In this document: positions 12,478 through 24,547 of the stretch, piece by piece | Layout: the number at the start of each line of letters is the position of its first letter | Position numbering within the stretch: position 1 is the first letter of the stretch | DNA from: Octopus sinensis | Lineage: Eukaryota | Reading direction: 5' to 3' | Length of the DNA stretch: 64,000 nt | NCBI RefSeq assembly: GCF_006345805.1 | Contig: NC_043021.1 | Span: 13,702,001 to 13,766,000, forward strand | Notes under the pieces: model-generated | Database searches by the model: none | The model's input: only the letters and a program-made list of their open reading frames with translations | What the model was told of the DNA's origin: nothing | Made by a program: the position numbers and the translations under genes

Positions 12478-12810
12478 AGGGTTCAGTCCCACTGTGTGGC
12501 ACCTTGGGCAAGTGTCTTCTACGATAGCCTCAGGCTAACCAAAGCCTTGTGAGTGGATTTGGTAGATGGAAACTAAAAGAAGCCCATCATATATATATAT
12601 ATGTGTGTTTGCGTGTCTGTGTTTGCCCCCACCTTCGCTTGACAACTGATTTGGTGTGTTTATGTCCTCACAACTTAGCGGTTCAGCAGAATTGACTGAT
12701 AGGATAAGTACTAGGCTTACAAAGAATAAGCCCTGGTGTCGATTTGTTCGACTAAAGGTGGTGCTCCAGCATGGCTGCAGTCAAATGACTGAAACAAATA
12801 AAAGAATAAA
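12478..12810 (+). mobile_element. SINE family A, 5'-truncated
   Basis: B-box onward through tail, homologous to the 11236 copy. Confidence 0.82.
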
Positions 12811-13234
12811 TATCTGGCCTTGTACCTAATTAAGATATAATAATTATTAATGTTGTTGGTATATTCTGCAATTAGTTGTGTGTTGTTATGCTCTGAGTTT
12901 GAATTTTACCATGCTCGAAGGCTGTGAACTGGTTGAAGCCGCAGCATGCAGGACAAAATGAAACTGCTGAGGTCAACTTCCCCTTTATTCCTTCCAGGGA
13001 GATATCATCATCATCATCATCACTCAATGTCCACTTTCCATGCTGGCATGGGTTAGACGGTTTGACTACAACTTGTAACCAGGGAGCTGCACCAAGTTTC
13101 TGTCTGATTTGGCACAGTTTCTCTGGCTGGATGCCCTTCCTAATGCCAACCACTCCAAGATTGTAGTGGGTGCTTTTTACGGGCCATTTACATGACTCTG
13201 GCGACACACACACACACACACACACTCATTATAT

Positions 13235-13525
13235 ATTGAATAATAAGGGAACAATAAATATGTAACCAACTTCATTAGCTTACAGCTGTTTCTGCTGTTA
13301 GAAGTAGTGCACTCAGATCTGAGTGCTTGTGCAATGTCTGTAGCTTCCTCAGAGCCATTAAAAGGAAATGAAGTGTATGTTTATTTCAAAAAGCGTTTTT
13401 ATGGCTCTAAGAAAGCTATAAAATGTTGCACAAGCACTCAACTCTGAGTGTACTGCTCCTTATAGCAGAAACAGCTGCAAGCTAATGAAGTTGATGATGT
13501 AATTCCTGTTGCCTTGTCATTCAAT
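13235..13525. repeat. Long inverted repeat / fold-back MITE
   Basis: CAACTTCATTAGCTTACAGCTGTTTCTGCT (13267) versus AGCAGAAACAGCTGCAAGCTAATGAAGTTG (ends 13493). Arms ~100 bp, short spacer, degenerate outer extension. Confidence 0.88.
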
Positions 13526-13533
13526 AATTATTA

Positions 13534-13929
13534 CTGGTTCTCATCGACTTACGACCTTAATTGGTTCTGACTAACTGGTCGTAAGTCAGCCTGTAGGCCT
13601 ACATAGCTTCATTTTATATTTTTACATTCTTAAGGTATATTCTCAGGTAAAAGTCACACACAGCATTCTGTATTATACTATTACACTGGCGTTCGTCAAA
13701 AATTTCAGTCTTAAACAGTTGTCTTATAAACAAATACGAGGTAGCCTCGATGTCTCTGTGACGGGAAGTGTTTGTTAGCTGACATCATCCATAGATGGGT
13801 TAATTCTAAGAAATTAAATCTATTAGATTTCAACTGGACTATTTATTATTGCTGCCAGGAGCTAGCACACCAATTGTCATAAAGTCGATTGGTCATAAGT
13901 CAGAGAGGTCGTAAGCCGATGATGACCTG
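13534..13929. mobile_element. pogo/Tigger-like MITE
   Basis: TIRs CTGGTTCTCATCGACTTACGACC / GGTCGTAAGCCGATGATGACCTG (19/23), TA on the left, subterminal repeats GGTCGTAAGTC. Confidence 0.72.
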
Positions 13930-14149
13930 TTTTATACTCTGTAATTGCCTAAGTGCTAACAACCGTTTATTAGTATATAGTTATTAGCTATCCCTCAGTG
14001 AAATCATAAGATATATAGCCTTCTTCCACATGCACATACAAACTCTCTTATACATACGCATGAGCGCCTTTGTTTTGGGATCACCACTACTTTACTCCCC
14101 CTTCTCCCTAGCTCTCCTGTGTGACCCTTCTGTCCGGCATTCACCATGA

Positions 14150-14325
14150 TAGATCACTAGCCACTACACATTCTTTATTTTCTCTCTTGTTTCTTTCTGT
14201 GTTCTTTTCTGCGGAAGAGCGTAGGCTCAAAACGTTAAAGACTTTTTCAGTTCCTGAGCATTATACTAATACATCTGTTTATTGTCTACACCACCTGTCT
14301 TTGTCTTTTGTTTTTTTGTGACCCC
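14150..14325 (+). mobile_element. Penelope-derived short element with minimal hammerhead-like motif (copy 2)
   Basis: CTGCGGA-A-GAGC-GTAG-GCTC-AAAA-CGTT-AAAGA at 14209-14241. (TA)n on the right. Confidence 0.65.
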
Positions 14326-14326
14326 C

Positions 14327-14362
<36 letters not shown>

Positions 14363-14411
14363 CAAGCATAATATATATATTGACAATGACTTTGAAGACT
14401 TGGTCAGTTAA

Positions 14412-14615
14412 CCCTTTTGTTACCAACCTGGCTGAAACTGGCTCTGTCTTGTTTTCGTAAGTTCTGAATTAAAATCTTCCACCAAAGCTTAGTCACAATT
14501 TATGTTCCTAACACTAGCTTAATGATAACTAAGTTATTTTACTAAATACTTTGTTATATTTAAAGTAATTGAAAGAAACACAGAGCATCTCAAAATAAAT
14601 GCAGTAATGAAAGGG
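14412..14615. mobile_element. piggyBac-like MITE
   Basis: TTAA (14408-14411) CCCTTTTGTTAC ... GTAATGAAAGGG TTAA (14616-14619). Confidence 0.85.
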
Positions 14616-14761
14616 TTAAACCATCATTGCATTTCTTAACTGGCTGACATTGGCTTAACTGGCCAAAACTTTAAGGTCCCTATCAACAACATTCTTGTAT
14701 AAGAAGATAAATTTGTACTCTAGAAAAGGATAGGTTATTGTAAAATAGTTTTTATAGTTAA

Positions 14762-15155
14762 CTAGCAGTATCGCCTGGCGTTGCTTGGGTTTGTTTCGAC
14801 CCTTTAGAATTGGAATTTTTGAAAAGTAAAAATTTTGCATTATGTAGCTTGTTATTCTCTTTAAGTGAACATTTTTCTGGTTGAAATACACCGAAAAATG
14901 GCGATACAGCAGTAAAAAAATCGTAAAAAATAGGGATTTTCATAGAAAAAAAAAGCACCTTTTTGATGTAAATAATTTTTGGTGTTAACATGGTCGGATT
15001 TGAATTTTTTCTTCTATGGAAGGAGGAGCAAGCCTTCTTCTATCATACTCTCAATTTTGGTCAACTTGCGCCCCAGGGTCTCGGAGGAGATAGTGTTAGT
15101 TGAAGGCTACCAAACCTTCCATACACAGACAACTTCAGCTTTATATATATATAGA
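14762..15155 (-). mobile_element. Non-autonomous Helitron
   Basis: Minus strand begins TCTATATATATATAAAG and ends with GC hairpin CCCAAGCAACGCCAGG + CTAG. Inserted between A and T. Confidence 0.8.
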
Positions 15156-15344
15156 TAAATACAAAAACAAACGTTGATTATTAATCTCCAAGACCACATT
15201 ATCAAGTGTGTCCTTTCCTTTTTAAGATAGTAGGATGTAATTTAAAGGAGATAGGGCTGCTATGTCTAGGAGGGTGAGCAACCACATAAAGCCCCCTTCC
15301 CACCCTGTAAGGTTGTACTGATAGGCTTGTTGGTGGTAGTGACA

Positions 15345-16060
15345 TTATCACACACATACACATACATGCAATTACCTATGCATGCATTTAATTAAACATG
15401 TTGTTGCATGCACATACAAACATGCACACATACATATTCACTTGACTATACACATGCACAGTCACTTGCACACACATACACACACAGTCACTTACATAGA
15501 CATACATATATATAGAAACACAATCATGCACACAGTCATATACACAGGCAAACACAATGGCACACACGTGCAATCACATGCACAAATGCAATCAGAGACA
15601 CACACACACACACACACAATCACATACAGACTCATACAAAGAGTCACATATACACACATGCAAGCACATTCACACACACATGCAAACACATTCACACACA
15701 CATGCAAACACATTCACACACACATACAAACACGGTCACTTACACACACATGCATACAAGGACACAGTCACACGCACATACACACACACACACACACAGT
15801 CACACACATATACAAACACAATCACACACACACACACGATCAAACCCAGTATCATGCATGTACATACACAGACATATCATGCATTTATCCTCTCCCTTCT
15901 CCTCTTTCCCCCCAGTCACTCCTACTCACACAGAAACGCAAGGAAATTATCTTGTCTCATGTCACATGAATATAAAAGTGCAATCAAAAGGCATATATAT
16001 ATATATGTGTGCACATCTGTACACAGTTGCCATATGCATGCATATGTGCACACATGTGCA
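15345..16060. repeat. Degenerate (CA)n-rich low-complexity tract
   Basis: Directly visible. Source of His/Thr pseudo-ORFs. Confidence 0.9.
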
Positions 16061-16356
16061 TCTCTGCATATGTCTTCGTTGACACTACTTGTTCATGTCC
16101 CACATAGACGCAGAGGTCTATTTTTATTAGTGAGACTAAGAATGTGTAAATTTAACATGACGCAGGATATGTGGCACTTTTGATTATCGTGGATATTTTT
16201 CTTTCTTTTTTTTTCTGTTTCGAAAATTCTATAACGCTTTATTGATTATGCATTGATTATGACTAAAAGCTCAATAGTAGAAATCAGCTATTAAGCTAGG
16301 TATGAGAGACTGTGCAAGAAGACAGTAGAAACTGAGAATTAATGCAAAGCTTCAAT

Positions 16357-17360
16357 CAGGGCTTCTCAACCATTCGTTATCTATGAACCCCTTTGATTAC
16401 CATTTTATTCTTGTGGACCATCTCCCCCTAGCTATTTGATATTTAAAAACTAGTTTTATGGAAATTTCTTTCGAAATTCCTATTTTGTTTCTCACACATT
16501 AACTTGTGTAGTTTGAACTATGTAAAATGTTAGAGAAAGAATCCTAGCTATTTCTTGCAATACATACATCTTAAGCTGGGGTTCTCAACCATTTTTTTTC
16601 TATCTATGGACCCCTTTGATTGCTATTTTAATCTGGTGGACCCTCATAGCCATTTGATATCTAAAAACTAGTTTTATGGAAATTTCTTTTGAAATTCCTA
16701 TTTTATTTTCCATACATTAATTTGTGTAGTTTGAACTATGTAAAATGTTAGAGAAAGAAACCTAGCTATTTCTTGCAATATATACATCTTAAGCTGGGGT
16801 TCTTAACCATTTTTTTTTCTATCTATGGACCCCTTTGATTACTATTTTAATCTGGTGGACCCTCATAGCCATTTGATATCTAAAAACTAGTTTTATAGAA
16901 TTTCTTTCAAAATTCCTATTTTGTTTTTCACACATTAACTTGTGTAGTTTGAACTATGTAAAATGTTAGAGAAAGAAACCTAGCTATTTCTTGCAATACA
17001 TACATCTTAAACTGGGGTTCTCAACAATTTTTTTTTTTATCTATGAACCCCTGATTACTATTTTAATCTGGTGGACCCCCATAGCCAGTTGATATCTAAA
17101 AACTAGTTTTATAGAAATTCCTTTCAAAATTCCTATTTTGTTTCTCACACATTAACTCATGTAGGTCGAACTAAGTAAAGCGTTAGAAAGAAACCCAGCT
17201 GTTTCATGCAATACACACCAGTACACACATCGAAAGCAAAATTTTTTCAGGGTCCCTTAAAATATCATTGTGGGTCCCCAATTTACTATTTTGTTGTGTG
17301 AACCTCCAAAATCTTATATGGATCCCCAAGGGACATATGGATCCCAGTTGAGAAGCACTG
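16357..17360. mobile_element. hAT-like MITE with tandemly amplified left 218 bp (4 copies)
   Basis: TIR CAGGGCTTCTCAAC (16357) / GTTGAGAAGCACTG (17347-17360). 8-bp flanks GCTTCAAT/ACTTAAAT (6/8). Units start 16357, 16576, 16794, 17012. Confidence 0.85.
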
Positions 17361-17725
17361 ACTTAAATTAATGCTTTGGGTTGTCAGATAAAGTCATAGT
17401 TTTTTTTGTTTAGATGGCATTCTGTCATCATGTGTCTGGAAAGGTAAAATTTATTCAAATTTCGAAAATGATAAGCAAAATTTGTAGAGGAAGATTAGAG
17501 CTACAACCAACCACTAAACACTGTCTTTTATTTTTCTACTTGTTTTAGTCATTAGACTGTGGCCATGCTGGGGCACTTGCATTGAACACTACTGAACCAC
17601 TAAGTTATGAGGACATAAACACACCAGCACTGCTTGTCAGGCGGTGGTGTTGGGTGGGTGGGGGTCACACAAACACCGACACAATGATTCTCACACACAC
17701 ATGCATACATATTTATATATATATA

Positions 17726-18060
17726 TCATCATCGTTTAACATCCGTTTTCCATACTAGCATGGGTTGGATGGTTTGACCAGGGTCTAAGAAGCCAGGAGG
17801 TTGCACCAGGCTCCAGTCTGATCTGGCAGTGTTTCTACAGCTGGATGCCCTTCCTAACACCAACCACTCCGTGAGTGTAGTGGGTGCTTTTTACGTGCCA
17901 CTGACACAGAGCCAGAGGGGGCTGGCAAGGGCCACAATCTGTTGGTGCTTTTTACATGCCACCAGCACGGAAGCCAGCCAAGGCAGCGCTGGCATCAGCC
18001 ATGCTCGGATGGTGCTTTTTACATGCCACCGGCATGGGTATCACAACTACAATTTCCATT
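17726..18060 (-). mobile_element. RTE LINE 3' tail
   Basis: (CAT)n...GCTGGATGCCCTTCCTAACACCAACCACTCC...GGTGCTTTTTACGTGCC, same family as 177-482, 36200-36505, 43975-44360. Confidence 0.8.
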
Positions 18061-18099
18061 AAGTGGGAGATAAATAAATCCTTTTAGTATTAATACTGC

Positions 18100-19070
18100 T
18101 TCTCATCATCTTTGTTTAACATCTGCTTTCCATGCTGGCATGTGTTGGATGGTTTGACATGGAGCTGGCTAACAGAGAGCTGTCCAGACTCCAGCTGACT
18201 GTTGTGGCATGGTTTTTACAGCTGGATGCCTTTCCTAATGCCAACCACTTAACAGTGTGTGCTGGGTGCTCTTTATGTGCCTTTGGCACAGGTGTGTTTA
18301 TGAAGCACTGGCATCTGAAGGGACAAGCCTGTACATGTGAAAGACAGCAGTTTTACTTAGCTTGATGTGTCTTATCAAGTACAGCAAATCGCCACATCTC
18401 CTGGTCCCTTGTCATTTCCTCAGTGAAGCCCAGCATCCAAAGATTCTTTCTCACCACTTCATCCCATGTCTTCCAGAGTCTACCCCTTCCACAGGTACCC
18501 TCTACAGTTGGAGCTCAGCACTTCTTTATGCAGCTGTCCTCATCCATATGCATCACATGACCAAACCAATGCAGTCTCCTCTCTTGCACACAACATCTGA
18601 TGCCTCTTTACTCAGTTTTCCTCTAAAATCCTTTTCACTCTGTCGTGCATGCACACTGACATTATTGATGCAGTGGAGCATGATAACTTCATTTCTTTCA
18701 AGCCTTTGCAAGTCCTCTGTAGTCAAAGCCCATGTTTCACTGCTATCTAACATAGCTGTACATACACAGGCATCATACAATCTGCCTTTCACTCTGAGGG
18801 AGAGGCCCTTAGTTACCAACAAAGATAAAAGCTCTCTGAATGTCACCCAGCCTGTTCTTATCCTAGCAACTACAATTTCAGAACTTCCACCACCACTGCT
18901 AACTTGATCTCCTAGGTAACAGAAGGCATCTACTACTTCTAATGATCCCTCTGAGCATTTGAGGGAGCCTATTTATGTCTGCGCATTTTTAGTGCTTGTT
19001 GTGCCTGCACATTTGGTACAAACAAAGTCTGTATTCTCCATTAGCCTTCCTTTGATATTGCTGCACTTCT
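18100..19070 (-). mobile_element. 5'-truncated RTE LINE (RT C-terminus plus 3' tail)
   Basis: ...TFRELLSLLVTKGLSLRVKGRLYDACVCTAMLDSSETWAL... continuing to the ORF end and tail. Closely similar to 7765-8185. Confidence 0.88.
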
Positions 19071-19474
19071 TATTTTATGTATATACTAACATACCCATGT
19101 CATAAAAAATGTTGAAAATTTTATTATTGATGCAAAATGGCACAGCATCAAAATGAGAGAAACATGGATAAATATTCGTACATATAATAAATACATGTAT
19201 GTACACAGAATTAGTGCACTTGAAGAATTAGATACATTTGTAACATCTTGGTTGAAAATATTACATGTATGTGTGTGTGTGTGTGTTTGTGTGTGTGTAT
19301 ATGTAATGCATACATATGCACACACACACACACACACGTATATGTTCATATACATGCATATATTTATACATGCACAAGTGCATACATACATATGGAAATC
19401 CTCTTTCAGTTTTCATGCACCAAATCCACTCACAAGGCTTTGGTTAGCACTGTGATATAGTAGATGACTATATA

Positions 19475-20171
19475 TATATAAATGCGTGTGTATATATATA
19501 TGTGCGTGTGTCTGTATGTGTACGCACACACACACACAAACATTTGTATATAGATATCTCTTTCGTTATCTCTCTCTATATATAAACATACGCATACATA
19601 TTTATAAAAACACCTTTGCATGTGCGTACATATACATATGTGTGTATGTGAATGTGTGCATGTGCTCGTATGTTTGTTTACATTTTTTAGATTGATGAAA
19701 TCAGTAAGATATATTACCATTCACATAATATTTATATATAGGCTATGTTATGTGAATGATAATATTTTTGTAAACAAAAGCGTTTAATATTTAATTTCAT
19801 ATATATATATTTATATATATATATGTAGTGTGTGTATGGAGGCACATGATTCAGTAGTTAGAGTGTCGGGCTCACAATCATGGGGTAGTGTGTTCGATTC
19901 CTGGACCGGGCTGTGTGTTGTGTTCTTGAGCAAGACACTTTATTTCATGTTGCTCCAGTTCACTCATCTGTAGAAATGAGTTGCGACGTCACTGGTGCCA
20001 AGCTGTATCAGTCTTTACCTTTTCCTTGGACAACATCAGTGGCATTGGAAAGGGGAGACAGGTAGGCATGGGCAACTGCTGGTCTTCCATAAACCCCCTT
20101 GCCCAGACTTGTGCCTTGGAGCACTCCCATGGTCATTCATGACTGAAAGGGGTCTTTTACATATGTGTGTG

Positions 20172-20213
<42 letters not shown>

Positions 20214-20863
20214 CGCACACACACACAACATTTGTATATAGATATCTCTTTCTTTATCTCTCTCTATATATAAACATACGCATACATATTTATAAAAACA
20301 CCTTTGCATGTGCGTACATATACATATGTGTGTATGTGAATGTGTGCATGTGCTCGTATGTTTGTTTACATGTTTTAGATTGATGAAATCAGTAAATATA
20401 TTACCATTCACGTAACATTTATATATAGGCTATGTTATGTGAATGATAATATTTTTGTAAACAAAAGCGTTTAATATTTAATTTCATATATATATATTTA
20501 TATATATATGTAGTGTGTGTATGGAGGCACATGATTCAGTAGTTAGAGTGTCGGGCTCACAATCATGGGGTAGTGTGTTCGATTCCTGGACCGGGCTGTG
20601 TGTTGTGTTCTTGAGCAAGACACTTTATTTCATGTTGCTCCAGTTCACTCATCTGTAGAAATGAGTTGCGACGTCACTGGTGCCAAGCTGTATCAGCCTT
20701 TACCTTTCCCTTGGACAACATCAGTGGCATGGAAAGGGGAGACAGGTAGGCACGGGCAACTGGTGGTCTTCCATAAACCCCCTTGCCCAGACTTGTGCCT
20801 CGGAGGCTAAGTGTCTTGGTGCACTCCCATGGTCATTCATGACTGAAAGGGGTCTTTTACATA

Positions 20864-20898
<35 letters not shown>

Positions 20899-20900
20899 GT
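19475..20900. repeat. Tandem duplication, period ~691 bp, each unit ending in a SINE-B copy
   Basis: TACGC at 19521 and 20212 start matching blocks. Several substitutions and a ~16-nt indel. (TA)/(TG) tracts at the junctions. Confidence 0.92.
19836..20160 (+). mobile_element. SINE family B (tRNA-derived)
   Basis: AGTAGTTAGAGTG A-box-like, GTTCGATTCC B-box-like, TTGAGCAAGACACTTT core. Twin at 20522-20860. Confidence 0.82.
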
Positions 20901-21263
20901 ATGCTTGTCAGATAAATTAATACATTTCTTACAACTTGGCATTCCATCATCATACATCTGAAAAAAAAAAAAAAGGTAAAATTTATTCAAATTTCAAAAA
21001 ATTTGTAGAGGAAGAACAGAGCTCCAAAAACATATAAAACATGACAAAAAAAAATAAAAATTTGTGTGCTAATTCAGTAACATTTGAAAGGATTAAATAA
21101 AGAACAAGAAAGAAAATAAAAATGAATTAACTTATCTGACCACCTAATGATTCACATTGAATATATATAGCACAAATAGTGAATTGGCAGAGGTGTGAGC
21201 TGTTAGGACATTGTGATATTTATTTTGAGTCTCTGCTCTCTGAAATCAATTTTTCCTTATATA

Positions 21264-21480
21264 TAAGGGAGTGCTGAAAAGTTCCTGACTTTAAGAGTAT
21301 CATAAAAGGCTTGGTTGGAAGCCCGACCTTCCAAGTTCTTTTACAGCGCTTATAAAAACTGAAGATTCTCTGCGATAAGTTTGTGAATCTGAGAGAGGAA
21401 TATGTTGAGTAAAGTCATAATGAAATGGTCCTCCTGTATCTTCTTTTACCCGAAGCCAGGAACTTTTCAGCACCCCCTTG
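21264..21480. mobile_element. mariner-type MITE
   Basis: TIRs TAAGGGAGTGCTGAAAAGTTCCTG / CCAGGAACTTTTCAGCACCCCCTTG. Second copy at 56312-56500. Confidence 0.8.
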
Positions 21481-21482
21481 TG

Positions 21483-21521
<39 letters not shown>

Positions 21522-22488
21522 AAAAAAAGTCAAGATAGAAAATGCTAATATAATTTTATAAAAAACATTTCAGTACCAGTTTCAGTTATTGAGACTTTTT
21601 CATACATACATATATAGATAAGACAGGCTTCTTTTAGTTTCCAAATCCACTCACAAGTATGTGTGTCTTTGTGCCTGTTTTTGTTGCCCACCACCACTTG
21701 ACAACCAGCACTGGTGTATTTATGTTCTTATAACTTAGTGTTTCAGCAAAAAAGACCAATAGAATAAGTACTAGGCTTTAAAAAAAGTCCTGGTGGGGGC
21801 GATCTGTTCAATTAAAACCCTTCAAGGTGGTGCCTCAGCATGGCCACACTCGAATGATTGAAACAAGTAAAAGATAAGAGATAATATTTGTAACTCTTAA
21901 TGTGTTGAGTGCTTCTTTCTTTTCTTTGTCCGCTTGTGTCATCATCATCATCATTCATGGAAAGCGGATGTTAAACGATGATGATGATATATATATGTAT
22001 ATATACACACATATATATTACGTAGTGTATGAGGAGTCAAGTGCCATTGAATCTTGTATTTATTGTTTTCAATTACAATTGAACATTTAATGTAATTCAA
22101 AAATGTATAAATATATTTATTTTAGGAGGTACCCCTCCTCCTCTGCTGCCACTCTTCCCCTCCTCTCCCCCTTCACTTCTCATTAATCTCTCTCATAGAA
22201 GAGATGTATTCATTCGTTTATTTATTTATTGAACAACCGAAGAAAACTCCTCACAGAGCTTTCATTTGTGTGTTTTATTAAACAGTTTGATGCTTATTAT
22301 CCGTGGGAAGATTATTAAACGATAATTAAGTCGCGTTATTTAAACATTCTAGTCTTAACGAGAGAGTCTTTTTTTTTTTTAAATATTTATTTTTTTATTT
22401 TAGACATTGTAATCAAATTAATGAAATGGGGTGAGGGGGTTAAGTGGCAGATTATAAAGAAAGTTTTAATTTTGTATGTATGTATGTA

Positions 22489-22525
<37 letters not shown>

Positions 22526-23029
22526 TAATCTGGGATTGAACAAAACACACGTATTCTTTGTTCAGTTGCTAGATTATCCCTCCACCATCATCTCTCATTT
22601 TTACAAATGTGTAATTTATAGGTTAGGATGTGACTCAGTGGTTGAGAAACTTGCTTCCCAACTATGTGGTCTTTGGCTTAGTCCCACTGTGTGGCACCTT
22701 GGACATAAGATTGCTCAGTGAAAAATGAATTATTTTATTAAGTATAGTCGAGGCTAATGTTAGTACAGATATTCTGTTTTACATTACCTTAAATTTAAAT
22801 ATGAATAAATGTTGTCCTTACTGAAAGCTTAATGGTAGCTTATTTTATATTGATAAAAAATGCTGTCACCTAGCTAATACTCTTTGAGGTTTAATCCCTA
22901 ATATTAGTAAATCTACGTCATTTACTGGTTGCACTTTACCATATCATTCATCATCAACGACAATGATAATTTCTATTGAGCAAATATGTATACATATATA
23001 ATTTTCAAATGTTGGGCCTCATGGAGGCA

Positions 23030-23335
23030 GTGACATGTGACCTACACCTTTGACAATATGCCATGCTTGAGAAGATCTGTCAAGCCAAGTGAAATTGTAG
23101 TCATGGTTTGCCAGTGTTGCATAACTGGCATCCATGCCAGTGGCATCCATGCCAGTGGCATGTAAAGGGGACACCCACTACACTTTTGGAGTGGTTGGCA
23201 TCAGGAAGGGCGTCCAGCCGTAGAAACTGTGCCATATCAGATTGGAACCTGGTGCAGCTCCCCAGCTTACTGGTTTTCAATCAAACTGTCCAGCCCCATG
23301 CCAGCATGGATAGTGGACATCAGATGATGATGATG
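23030..23335 (+). mobile_element. RTE LINE 3' tail
   Basis: GGTTGGCATCAGGAAGGGCGTCCAGCCGTAGAAAC...CCATGCCAGCATGG(ATG)n. Confidence 0.78.
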
Positions 23336-23344
23336 AGGTAAAGT

Positions 23345-23650
23345 GAAGGCATGTTGGTTAGTGCTTAGGGTATTCGGCTCACAGTCATAACATTGTGGGT
23401 TCAATCCCTGTTGGTACGTTTATGTTCTTGAGAAAGACACTTTATTTCTTGATGCTCTAGGCCACTCAGTTGGCTAAAATGTGTTGTACTTGTATTTTCA
23501 AAGGGCCAGCCTTGTCACATTCTGTGTTGCTCTGATCTCTCTGAGAGCTGTGTTAAAGGTCTGCATGTCTGTGGAGTACTCAGCCGTTTGCACATTAATT
23601 TCATAAGCAGGCTGTTCCATTGATCAGATCAACTGGAACATCCTTTGTCA
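23345..23650 (+). mobile_element. SINE family B variant with different tail (B2)
   Basis: B-type head/core, then CAAAGGGCCAGCCTTGTCAC...GCACATTAATTTCA...GCTGTTCCATTGATC. Reverse copy at ~48790-49030. Confidence 0.7.
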
Positions 23651-24547
23651 TACATACACACAGCCTTGTTTTAGAATGAGTACACTATGTTCTTGGGTGG
23701 TAAGAAGAGCTGAAAAGGGTTGGTGTTAGAAAGGGAATCTGGCTATAAAATGTTGCCTCAGAGAACCACTCCGACTTATGCCAGCATGGAGAGGTGGATG
23801 TAAAAAGCAATGATAATGAAGATGCAAACACATTTTTATATATTGCTGCCATCATCATTTTACATCTGCTTTTCATACTAAACTGTGTGTGCGCATAAAT
23901 ATATATATATATATATATATTTATACACACACACACACATGCATGTGCATGTGTGTATATATATATATACACTTATATGTGCGTGTGTGTGTATATATAT
24001 ATATATATATACACATATATACATACTAACATGTGTGTATATATACTTATATATATCTTGATATATTTGTGTGTGTATTTACATGCTCGAATAATATGCG
24101 CATACACATATCAACACATACACCCATACATAAATCTACTAATATGACAAGTCCCACCTCCAGAGCCTCGACGGAACACCACCACCCACAGCCCTCCTCG
24201 ACCAATCACCCAACCACCCACCCACCCACCCATCTGCTCAACAAAATATTGAATTTGGCATGTTGTTCCTTTTAGTTCTTGCATTAATCAACTTAGCTTG
24301 TTACTTACATCGATGTACTTTGTCTTAGTTACACTACGAGACACGGCTGTAAGATGAAAATAAAACCAACAAGACTAGGAGAGTAGTGGTGGTGGTGGTG
24401 GTGCCGTAGTTGATAATTTTGGCTTGATGTAGATTTTGGAGAGCTCTTCCTCTCTCTTGTGTTGGTTTTAAGTTGTAACTTAACAAGACTTTTAAACATC
24501 TTTCATTGACTGTCTGACAATATCTCCTCCTTGCCACCCACTTTCCT

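Noticed and set aside
15382-16183. Long His/Thr-rich ORFs (195 and 208 aa), and similar ORFs at 10445-10828, 24334-25113, 34602-35100, 46112-46572
   Set aside because: Translations of CA/TA/TATG microsatellites with no splice or domain support.
16357-17360. CRISPR-like or satellite-only interpretation of the 218-bp array
   Set aside because: Eukaryotic context, no unique spacers, and TIR/TSD evidence for a hAT MITE.
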